Below the pieces are notes generated by a model, which saw nothing but the letters and a program-made list of their open reading frames with translations, ran no database searches and was not told the origin of the DNA. Made by a program: the position numbers and the translations under genes. Positions 25,799 through 35,700 of a stretch of DNA of 64,000 nucleotides are shown piece after piece. Origin of the DNA: Octopus sinensis (Eukaryota); contig NC_043003.1 of the NCBI RefSeq assembly GCF_006345805.1, positions 76,694,001 to 76,758,000 on the forward strand, read 5' to 3'. Within the stretch, counting starts at the first letter, position 1; the number at the start of each line of letters is the position of its first letter.

Positions 25799-26602
25799 TC
25801 TATCTATATATATATATATAAACGGCAGTTTGTCTGTCTGTGTGTCTGTCAGGTTGTACCCTCACCCTGACCACGGCTTTCAACCGATTCTGATGAAACT
25901 TGACACACACATAGCCCAATGTCATAATTCAAAACTAACGCAGCGAAAATTTTGAAAAGTTCCCCCAGTTCTGAAAAAAAATCGATAAATTTGACATGCG
26001 TCGAGAATCTAAGCTTTTTATATGCAACACATTTTCTACAGACTTCTAGGGGGCGCAACTCGACCTTTTTAACTCTCGGAACACGTGGGGTAAGTAACCA
26101 AAATGTATAAAAATGTACAAAAACGGCAAAAAGCGGGCAGCAATGTGAGTGACAACAACGAAAATGTCAAAAGTGACCAAACTGAACAAACGAATGGAAA
26201 AGGTTTTTTGATGCACACGACAAAAGCGGTTTATAATAAACCAAGAGTTTGCAAGTAGCATCCGAGGACCCTTAGGGTACGTCAAAAATTCAAGGTAAAA
26301 CGTTTGGGGTGGTAGTTATAAAGAAAGTGTAAACAAAAAAAGTATTCGAATAACTTGCGGCTGCAGTAGCTATTAGCAGAAGTGGCGGTGTTGGGGGTAA
26401 AGTCTCGAATGTAATTTCTTCCTGGTAGGAATTGGTTGGGTTGAATTATCGATAGCTGTTTGATAGTTATTTGGGAGTGAAGAGAAGACATTGCAACCTA
26501 CACATGCACCTTCGTTCCCTAGAGGGAAAGGACTAGATTGGGATTAGTCGTTGCCTACTAGGGGCTCTTACATACCTGGGCAACGCCGGGCTATGCTGCT
26601 AG
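25799..26602 (+). mobile_element. Non-autonomous Helitron
   Basis: 5' a|TC(TA)n start followed by gtctgtctg repeats. 3' GC-rich hairpin cctgggcaacgccggg followed by CTAG|t. No TIR or TSD, consistent with A|T insertion. Confidence 0.85.
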
Positions 26603-26624
26603 TCTATATATAATACATATCTAT

Positions 26625-26801
26625 ATTTGAGAGATGAGGAATTATGTACATTATTTACATTTGACGGATATTTGTCCTCATCTTGTTTATTGTTAACACA
26701 ACGTTTCGGCTGACATACACTCCAGCCTTCATCAGGTGTCATGGGGAAATTTCGAACTTGGGTTCTCATTCCTAAGATATTTTACGATGTTATTATTATT
26801 A

Positions 26802-26854
<53 letters not shown>

Positions 26855-26935
26855 TATTATTCAGGTCACTGCCTGAATCGAACTCGGAATATTGGGGTTA
26901 GTAGCCCGCGCATTTAACCACTACGCCATATGTCG
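26625..26935 (-). mobile_element. SINE family D: tRNA-like head, (TAA)n spacer, hammerhead-containing tail
   Basis: A box TGGCGTAGTGG, B box GTTCGATTC, TAA tract at about 26790-26860. Colinear with 3598-4285. Confidence 0.88.
26695..26740 (-). ncRNA. Minimal type I hammerhead ribozyme (Penelope-type), core intact
   Basis: GACAC-CUGAUGA-A-GGCUG-gaguguaugu-CAGCC-GAAAC-GUU-GUGUU. Stem I has 5 bp including one GU pair, stem II has 5 bp, and a palindromic AACGUU replaces stem III. Confidence 0.8.
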
Positions 26936-27286
26936 TAGTGGTTAAGAGCTCCGGCTACTAACCCCAAGATTCGGAGTTCGCTTTTTTTAAATATTGTGAA
27001 ATCTCTTATGAGAATGTTCCTAATATTTTTGAGTTTTTTCCTAGTGTGTGAGCGCTCTCGTTAGAACTTATATTATTCAACAACGGTAGTAGTTGAATAA
27101 TATACTTAATGGAGCTTTTTTGTCGCAGCCGGAGTCCAATTCAGTTCGTCTTAACTTTCAAGAAAAGGGATATTTTTTAATGAAATCCTCTACCAATATA
27201 CCTCGGACTACGTAGATATCGAGGACATAGGCATTAGGGGAGGGGCAACAATTGGGGATTATTTTTTAGAACTGTTCCTCACTCGG

Positions 27287-27795
27287 GAGTTTTTCAAAAC
27301 ACGTCATCCATATTTGTTTCTTTTTCTGTTTTGTGCGTCTGTGCATCCGTAGATTTCTACTAAACAAACAAATAGGCAATGAAGGCAGAAAACTCTTTAG
27401 AATAAAAGAAACACCTAAAGGTCTGGTACACAGAAATATGTAATTAAAACAACTTATCTGTCACATACGATTTCTTTTTTCTCACTTTAAGTCAATTCTC
27501 AGGTAAAACATTTCTAATAGAAAGATAGAAGACACCAGAAGCAAATTAAGGAATATACATGCACAGTTAAATATAGAAGTGTAAAGCATAATTTGTTACA
27601 TAATCTCTATAAAAAACATGATACTGAATGGAATGATTCCCCAGTTGAACATTTACATTACATATGTGTGTGTGTTTGTGTGTGATGTGTGTGTGTGTAT
27701 GTGTGTGTGTGTGTGTGGTAGAAATCTACGGATGCGCAAACGCGCAAAACGGAGATAAAGAAACAAATATGGACGACTTGTTCTGAAATGAACTC
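27287..27795. repeat. Inverted repeat pair (~75-bp arms), MITE-like
   Basis: 27287-27360 (tccatatttgtttc..gcatccgtagatttctac) is the reverse complement of 27718-27795. Confidence 0.8.
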
Positions 27796-28199
27796 CTATG
27801 AATTTTCCAAAATTCCTCCCCATCCTCAACTAAACACCTTTCCCACAAAAGTTTGTATATTCGTAATTTACATGATATAACACATATTCGTAGAAACTTT
27901 CATTAACAAACATCCATTTTTCTGAAAGTTATGATCATCCAAATTCGGGCAGGCAGAAATCTGTAGTTATACCCACTACTGATATAAGAACTAAACTATT
28001 TCTTAGGCGCACACACAACAAAACATAAAAAAAACAACACAGAGTTCTCATACTTATTTTCATTAGTTTAAACTACTTTTTATAAAAAATGAAATCGTTT
28101 TGCTCAAATTTTGTAGTATCACTTTTTAAAGTCCATGTGTTAAAGTATTTTCAAAACAAGATTATTTAGTAACATTTTTTTTCTATATTTTTTCTGATT

Positions 28200-28830
28200 T
28201 TGTCTCTATGAGCAGTATTGAATCATGTAGTTATGCTGTTCAGAAAAGGCAAATGACAAAAATTCAAATATTTTAACAGTCAATTTTTACTATTTTAAAA
28301 TTTTCAAACATGGAGTTAATTATTTGCATGCTAAAAATGATTTTATTTATAATTTATTTATTAATTTGATAGTAAATAGAATATGACTATTTGTGGCTTT
28401 GCCTCTATGAACAGTACTGAAGTATGGTGTAAGGCTGTTCAGAAGAGGCTAATACTGCTTGTAATTATATTTTATGCAATATTAAACTAATTTAATTTAT
28501 TTAGAATAAAGTCATTTTATTAAATTTGTATCCTCATTTTTTTATTATTTTAAAAATATTTTAAATATATTCATTTGTAACTATGACTCTGTACACTACC
28601 GAAATTACAGTACGTAGATTATGTCCAGAAAAGGCAAAGTCGTGATGAGTATCATTCAATTTTTATTTAATTTCGAAATGAGAATTAATCAAATTTCAAA
28701 ATAAAAATTTTGAATTTTCTTGGAAATCTTTGAATTCAAAATGACTGCATAAAATGGGAATTTTATATAATTTTAGTTAAAATTTTACTATTACGGCAAT
28801 GCCTGTAAAAACACAGGACTAGCCAATGAC
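28200..28830. repeat. Cryptic degenerate tandem repeat with ~190-200-bp period
   Basis: ctctatga.cagta.tgaa...gctgttcagaa.aggc.aa at about 28203 and 28402, weaker at about 28587, and only a trace near 28801. Confidence 0.55.
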
Positions 28831-28852
28831 AAATGCGCACGCATACTAACAA

Positions 28853-29136
28853 TATTCTTAACAAGTAAACTTGGAAAAAAGAGGACAATAAAAATCTCAT
28901 TAAATTTAGAGCTTAAAATATTGCTGCTAAAATTAAAGTTAAATTTTTTTTTAGTAATTCATTTAGTACAAACAGTAAAATTAAAATAAAAAAGGAAAAG
29001 CGAAACTAAATGAATTTTTTAAAAAATATGAAAAAGTACCTGACATGTAATTTTCAATTTTAATTTTAGCAGCAATATGTTAAGTTCTAATTTTAATGAA
29101 TCCTCTATTTTTCGAGGGTTAATTGTTAAGAATTTT
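28853..29136. repeat. Inverted repeat pair (~90-bp arms)
   Basis: attcttaacaa..atattgctgctaaaattaaa pairs with tttaattttagcagcaatat..ttgttaagaat. Confidence 0.75.
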
Positions 29137-29528
29137 TCAGCTCACTCTAATTCCGATAACCATAGCACCTAAGACTTGCCTTGTCTTGGCCTAAACAGCC
29201 TTGTCACTTTATTAGTGAACGGCTTGAAATCTGCAAAAGAAAATAAAACATACAAAATTTATACATGCAAGCATATATCAATACATTCACACATGTATTT
29301 ATAGGGAGTTAGTTCGATAGATAGATAGATAGATATCTACAAACCAACGATGGAGCTTTGTATCTTTGTCAGAAACCACGTCATCCTCGAAAGGAAGAAT
29401 TTAAATAATGAAAAACAGTTAAGAAACATACATAAATACGTACGTACGTACAAACATACGTACATACATACAGACAGACAGACAGACAGATAGACATACA
29501 TACAGACAGACATACATACATATATTTA

Positions 29529-29746
29529 AACGAGGTAGGGCTGCTGAAAATTTCCTGGCTTTATGGATATCGCGAAAGGCCTGGCTGGAGTCCCAAACTT
29601 CCGAGTTCTACAAGGCTTAGTAAACTGAAGGACTGTTGCAATAAGTGTGAATCTGAGAAGCAAATATGTTGAATAAAATCTTAATTAACCAATCTTCTTA
29701 TATTTTCTTTTTGCCGAATGCCAGGAACTTTTTAGCATCCCTCGTA
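29529..29746 (+). mobile_element. Mariner-derived MITE
   Basis: TIRs cgagg..gctgaaaatttcctggc and gccaggaactttttagcatccctcg|ta. Internal remnant of a transposase C-terminus (..NKC....YVE*). Confidence 0.85.
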
Positions 29747-30299
29747 GATACATAATACATACATACATGAACATGGCGGCGAATTCAGTCATATTCATCA
29801 GAGAACCCTTTTATTTTTGCGTGTGATGAATACTATGCTCAAATTACTTTCCTATTCACACAAACCTGGTAAACTTAAGCCGGTTAACTTTTTTAGTGAT
29901 TCGTACTGTCAACAACTTCTATTATTTGTGGAGGAAGAACAACAGCCTTTAACGATATAAACACTCAAGAAGTCATGTAGATGACCCGCGAGATTGCTTG
30001 TGGTAGATGTTGCACACGTTCTATTTGTGGTACATTTGAAATCCATTCTTCCCGTTTATTTAATTTACACATAAAGTCATACTGCTGAATGCTGAATGCC
30101 TGTGGAGTGGATGTACACTCAGTGATAAAGTATCTCACTTAAATCAACTGAAAATGTTGCACCTAGGTTCATGGGCATCTATATGTTTGTGTGTAGAAGA
30201 GTGTGTGCATGTGCGTATGTGTTTCTGTCTGGGTATGCATGTGTAAGTTTGCGTGTAGGCCAACACGCATATGCGTACACATTACTCTATCTCTCACCC

Positions 30300-30348
<49 letters not shown>

Positions 30349-30739
30349 CGTATATATCTACATATGTATGTATATGTGTGTGCATATATATATATAAATA
30401 TAAATACATATATTATTGTATATATTATTTGTGTATTTACATATATATTATCTATCTTATAGACATATACATCGATAGACATACGTGTATGAATATATGT
30501 CAATGATGTGTGCGTATGTATATATATATATGTGTGTGTGTGTGTATATATGGTGTATGTGTGTGTGCGTATGCAAATGTGTATATGTATGTAAATATAT
30601 TCGTATATATTTTCATATGCATGCATATAGAGATATATACAGATACAGAGACGCATAGACTCTATATATGCTACATATTCAAGCATACACATACACACAC
30701 ACACAACACGACAGATTCATACAAACATACTTATACACA

Positions 30740-30770
<31 letters not shown>

Positions 30771-31422
30771 CATACATACATACATACATACATACATACA
30801 TACATACATACATACATACATACGCGTAACATATAAAAGAAATTGGCTGGAAGCATTTCTCATAAAATGGCCAACATCAGCTTAGCTGGGGAAATAAATC
30901 TGCCGTTCAATAAAAGAAACTTTTATCCTATTAACTGTTAGGAATTTTCCAGCAGGCGACAGACTGCTCTCTCTAATGTATTTATGTTATTTTCTTTCCT
31001 TGTACATTAAGTATATTTTACACGGCACATAAACACTTTTCGTTGATGTGAACTTGGTCGTATTGATTCATCAATCGCTATTGGCTGCACTTTCTGTTTG
31101 TTCTGTCTATCTGTTTGGCGTTTTGTCTGCTCTGTTGACATGGGACAGCCTACAGATTTATGGCCTCTACCGCTGCACTTAAATGTTGACCACGGAAGAG
31201 GTATGTTTGTTATTGTTGGTGTTGTTGCACTTTTCTTTCTTATTTTGTTATTGATGGTCAACGATGTGTGTGTCTCAACACACACATACGCACACATGCG
31301 CGCACAAGCACATATGTATGTATATATCATATACATATATACAAATATGAATCATAAGTATTTATATATACATCATATATGAATATGTATGAATATATAC
31401 ATGCGCACGCCCTCACACATAC

Positions 31423-31456
<34 letters not shown>

Positions 31457-31725
31457 ATACACGCATATATATATGTGTGTATATAAGCATATTTTGTGAA
31501 AGGACGACACCAAAAGTAAACAACGTGAAATGCAAAAACAAATGAGTTAAATACGCAAACAACGAGAGGAAAAATGGAAAACAGGACAGGTAGCACAAAC
31601 AACGACCATTCATTAGTTGTCGGTTGTCTATCTACTCCTTATTTCGATCATTGAACGACAATATGAGTCTTCGAAGACAGTTGTTCCCATAAATACCAAA
31701 AGAAAACGTGGGATCTATATATATG

Positions 31726-31756
<31 letters not shown>

Positions 31757-31769
31757 AGATAAAAGAAGG

Positions 31770-32870
31770 ACAATTAGAAGTTAATCCTTGGTACTGAATG
31801 ATGATAGTTTAATTAGGGTTAAGATAACAATTATAGTTGCTTCTGTTTATTATGTTTGAGGTAAGCTTGCGTTTACCTCGCTCCTTGTAATAAATATCAT
31901 AAGATTGATTTGAACTTTGGCAGGTGATCGAAGTTGACATGAGAAAAAAGGGAAAAAGAAAACGATTAAGGAAAAGGTTCATCTACTTGAAATATGTGAT
32001 ATCATTTTAGGAGTTAATCTGTTTGTCTGTCCTTGTTTGTCCTCTCTGTGTTTGTCCCTTTGTGGGTAGTAAAGAAATAGGTATTTCGTCTGCGGCTACG
32101 CTCTGAGTTCAAACTCCGCCTAGGTTGACTTTGCCTTTCATCCTTTCGGGGTCGATAAATTAAGTACCATTTACGCACTGAGGTCGATGTAATCGACTTA
32201 ATCCGTTTGTCTGTCCTTGTTTGTGCCCTCTATCTTTACCCCCTTGTGGGTAATAAAGAAATAGGTATTTCGTCAGCCGCTACGTTCTGAGTTCAAATTC
32301 CGCCGAGGTCGAATTTGCCTTTCATCCTTTCGGGGCCGATTAAATAAGTACCAGTTATGCACAGGGGTCGATGTGATCGACTTAATCCGTTTGTCTGTCC
32401 TTGATTGTCCTCTCTGTGTTTAGCCCCTTGTGGGTAGTAAAGAAATAGGTATTCCGTCTGCCGTTACATTATGAGTTCAAATTCCGCCGAGGTTGACTTT
32501 GCCTTTCCTCCTTTTGGGGTCGAAAAATTAAATACCATTTACGCACTGGGGTCGATGTAATCGACTTAACCCTTTTTTCTGTCTTTGTCCCCTCTATGTT
32601 TAGCCCTTGTGGGCAATAAGGAAATAAAAATGTAACCTTAAAGACCTAATGAACATTTTCCTTTCTCCTTTTTTTCCTTTTCCTTTTCTTTTTTCCTTTT
32701 TTCTCTCCAGTCAACATTCGATCTCCTGTCAATATTACACTGGAATAATTCAAATCATTCTGATGATATTTGTTACATGGAACGAGGTAAATGCAAGTTT
32801 ACTTAAAAAATAACAAACAGAGAAACAGCTGTAAATGTTATCATTCAATACTAATGATCAACTTCTAACT
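31770..32870. repeat. Long imperfect inverted repeat (~220-bp arms at 31770-31985 and 32648-32870) enclosing a SINE array
   Basis: ttagaagtt..gcgtttacctcgctcc..gatcgaagttgac..gttcat matches the reverse complement of atgaac..gtcaacattcgatc..gaacgaggtaaatgc..aacttctaa. Confidence 0.8.
32013..32628 (+). mobile_element. Tandem array of ~3.3 headless SINE family B units (~185-bp period)
   Basis: ttaatc.gtttgtctgtcc at about 32013, 32198 and 32382, with a variant at about 32565. The junction aaagaaata|ggtatt occurs three times. Confidence 0.92.
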
Positions 32871-33050
32871 CGTACATGTTGCCTCCATTACATATCTTAT
32901 CTGAATTTATTATACCACACTTTACCCTTTAAATTACCAACTACTGTTAACCTTACAGCAATGCCTCTACATAGTTATGTAATGCACCAGAAGTGCTTAC
33001 GGATACATTTGTCCCTTAGACGGTTGCATAACCTCTAACTCATAATGAAA

Positions 33051-34172
33051 GCGGGCTAGTGAAAGAATAGTACAAGGCCTCACGTTAATTGTGAATGGGT
33101 TCCAATTTCTGGATTACAACCAAAATAAGCTTTCTCCTTTCGTCAACACAATACACGGGAAAATATAAATACAAATACTTGTACATACCGTACAAAGCAG
33201 GTTCACACACCTACTTACAAATATTTGCACGTGTAGAGCCAAGATAAGTCAATTTTAAATCCCCTCACGACAGCCAACGTACATATTATGAGAATAGGCA
33301 TGCAGGAAATGCTATTCCGGTCAGGAGTAAAAATAATTGAATTATTTTATTGTGATTTTATCTATCAATTCATAACAGAATATAAGGATAAAAATCACAT
33401 TAATGATTTTTATCAGGTAGTCACGATGCTATAAAATTTATAGGCAATTTATGCATTAAATGAACAATAATATACATATGTATATAATTATATTACTATA
33501 GCAAAGGCGAAAAACGACCTAACTCCAACATACTTGGAATGCCGATGCTTTCAAAATACTACAAAAAAAATCCAGATAAATATACACAGAGTGGGCTAGT
33601 GAAAGAACATTAAAAAGACCTCACATTAATTGAAAATGGGTTCCAATTTCTGGATTAAAGCCAAAATAAGCTTTCTTCCTTCGTCAACACTGTACACAGG
33701 GAATATAAATACAAATAATTGTACACACTGTACAAAATAGGTTCAAACGTCTACATACAAATATTTTCACGTTTAGATCCAAGATAAGTCAATTTCAAAT
33801 GTACAATTATTTGTATTTATATTTCCCCGTGTATTATGTTGAAGAAGGAAGAAAAGTTATTTTTGGCTTTAATTCAGAAATTGGAACCAATTCACAATTA
33901 ACACGAGGCCTTTATAATATTCTTTCACTAGCCCGCTTTCAGCCATGTGTTTATTATCTGGAGTTTTGGTACTTCTTTTTTAAGGTATCGGCACTTCAAA
34001 TATGCTAGAGTTAGGTCATTTTCGCCTTTGCGCACTTAATATAATTATATGCTTATGTATATATTATTATCAATTTAATGTATAAATTGCCTATAAATTT
34101 TTATAGCATCCTGACTACTTGATAAAAAAATCATTAACGTGATTTTTATCCTTATATTCTATTATGAATTAA
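33051..34172. repeat. ~540-bp-period partial tandem repeat followed by a ~370-bp inverted copy
   Basis: 33051-33260 resembles 33591-33800. 33799-34172 is the reverse complement of about 33365-33725. Confidence 0.88.
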
Positions 34173-34186
34173 TATATATTTACATA

Positions 34187-34228
<42 letters not shown>

Positions 34229-34297
34229 GACACACAAAAACACACACATACATATAATACTCTTTAATTGATATACAGATCCCCAAGATTAAACATA

Positions 34298-34673
34298 TCT
34301 AATATAAATGTGAATGTCAGTGTGTCACACTTTTTCAACTTTACTCCTAGAGACCGTAGCCCAACATATACTATTTTTGAATCAGGCTGACTCCATGAGT
34401 ACATTAAAAACATTTCGGGCCGATTCCAGAACTGCAAACTTGAAATGCTGGATTCCAATGTTTTCATTATTGCAATTGTTTTCGGTGATTTATTTTACAT
34501 GATTTTTAGCGACGAATATGATCTTCATTGGAATATGACTCTAGAGGAAGCAATTGCAACAAATTCTCGAAAACAAGTCAGAGATCTGTTTGAAGATCTT
34601 ACCATTCGTGATTAGTTGCTTAAAAATTGCATACTAGCTTAAAAAATGCCCTATAGGGCGGCTTTTAAGCTAG
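34298..34673 (+). mobile_element. Short non-autonomous Helitron, followed by a second Helitron-like 5' end
   Basis: a|TCtaatataaatgtgaa..gtcagtgtgtcacac start. 3' hairpin gccctatagggc followed by CTAG|t. The same 5' motif restarts at about 34674-34720. Confidence 0.65.
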
Positions 34674-34949
34674 TATATAATAAATGTGAAAACTAATTTC
34701 TGTGTGTCAGTGTGTCACACTTCGACCTCCTCTCTCACTATTCATTGACACTCCTACTATTGTTCATGTTGTGGTGAGAGTGATAGGCATAGAGAAATTA
34801 GTAGATTCATGGCTGTGACGGTAATGAAATGATAGCAATAGTATGAGCTGCTTATCGGAATATCTGATGGGTTTTCATCATTATTGACTATAGAAACATA
34901 CATATCGTTCTGAAAACATGTAACGATACATGTGAATTTGTCTTAGCCA

Positions 34950-35700
34950 CTCAAGTTTAACATAATATTTTACAGGTGTTGGTGATTTATAATATGGAAT
35001 GCCGAGATATGACTACCAATTGTGGGCTGCGGATATTAGTTCAGTTTTGGCATTTCTCCTCTAGTTTTACCGTAGCAAATGTAATGCCTATATTGTTAAT
35101 TCACACCTGGAAACTATATTGGCTTCCCGTGAGTAGACCAATCTCAAGTTGAACGTTGGCAAGTCTTTTCAATAATACTAAAGCTAGGAAAAGTTACTGT
35201 GGTTAACGTAAGACACTCCTTTTCTTTTTGAATATGTGTATATGGGTCATAATAGCAGCATTGAATATTAGTGGGAGTTTATATACTTTCAAGACTAGAA
35301 TTATCTTTTGCTGCAGAATGGGTTATCTAATATTTTAAATATCCGATGTTATGGCATATGATCCAGGAGCTTAGCCGCAAAATATCTGCTTAATGGCTTT
35401 TCACATTTGTAAGTCAGTGTAATGACGGACTAGTTCGGAATCTTGAGAAAATGAGATTGTAGCCTTATTAATAATTAATAACTGGTTGAGCTTTTCTGCC
35501 GAACTTTCTCTATGCTGATATGCTCCCTAAGCTGATAAGTGTTGAACTATCAATTCCTGAGAATCGAGAACCATACACAGCGTTCAAAAAGTCATATAAC
35601 GTTTTCGAGTTATGTTAATTCACAAATTGTTAAGAAAGTTTAGTTGAGCATTTTCTCCTTTCATACAGTAGGTGATTACCTTGATTACCTCCATTCATAA
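34950..35700 (+). pseudogene. Possible highly decayed CR1/L2-like LINE fragment
   Basis: VANVMPI...RPIS at about 35070-35150 resembles the CR1/L2 RT motif ANV.PI..NYRPIS. The rest is barely readable. Confidence 0.3.

Noticed and set aside
26862-26935. Possible tRNA gene (also 4207-4285 and 13567-13640)
   Set aside because: A and B boxes are present, but there is no proper acceptor stem and each is fused to a repeated SINE body.
32013-32628. CRISPR-like regularly spaced repeats
   Set aside because: Whole units are homologous with no unique spacers; this is a eukaryotic SINE multimer.
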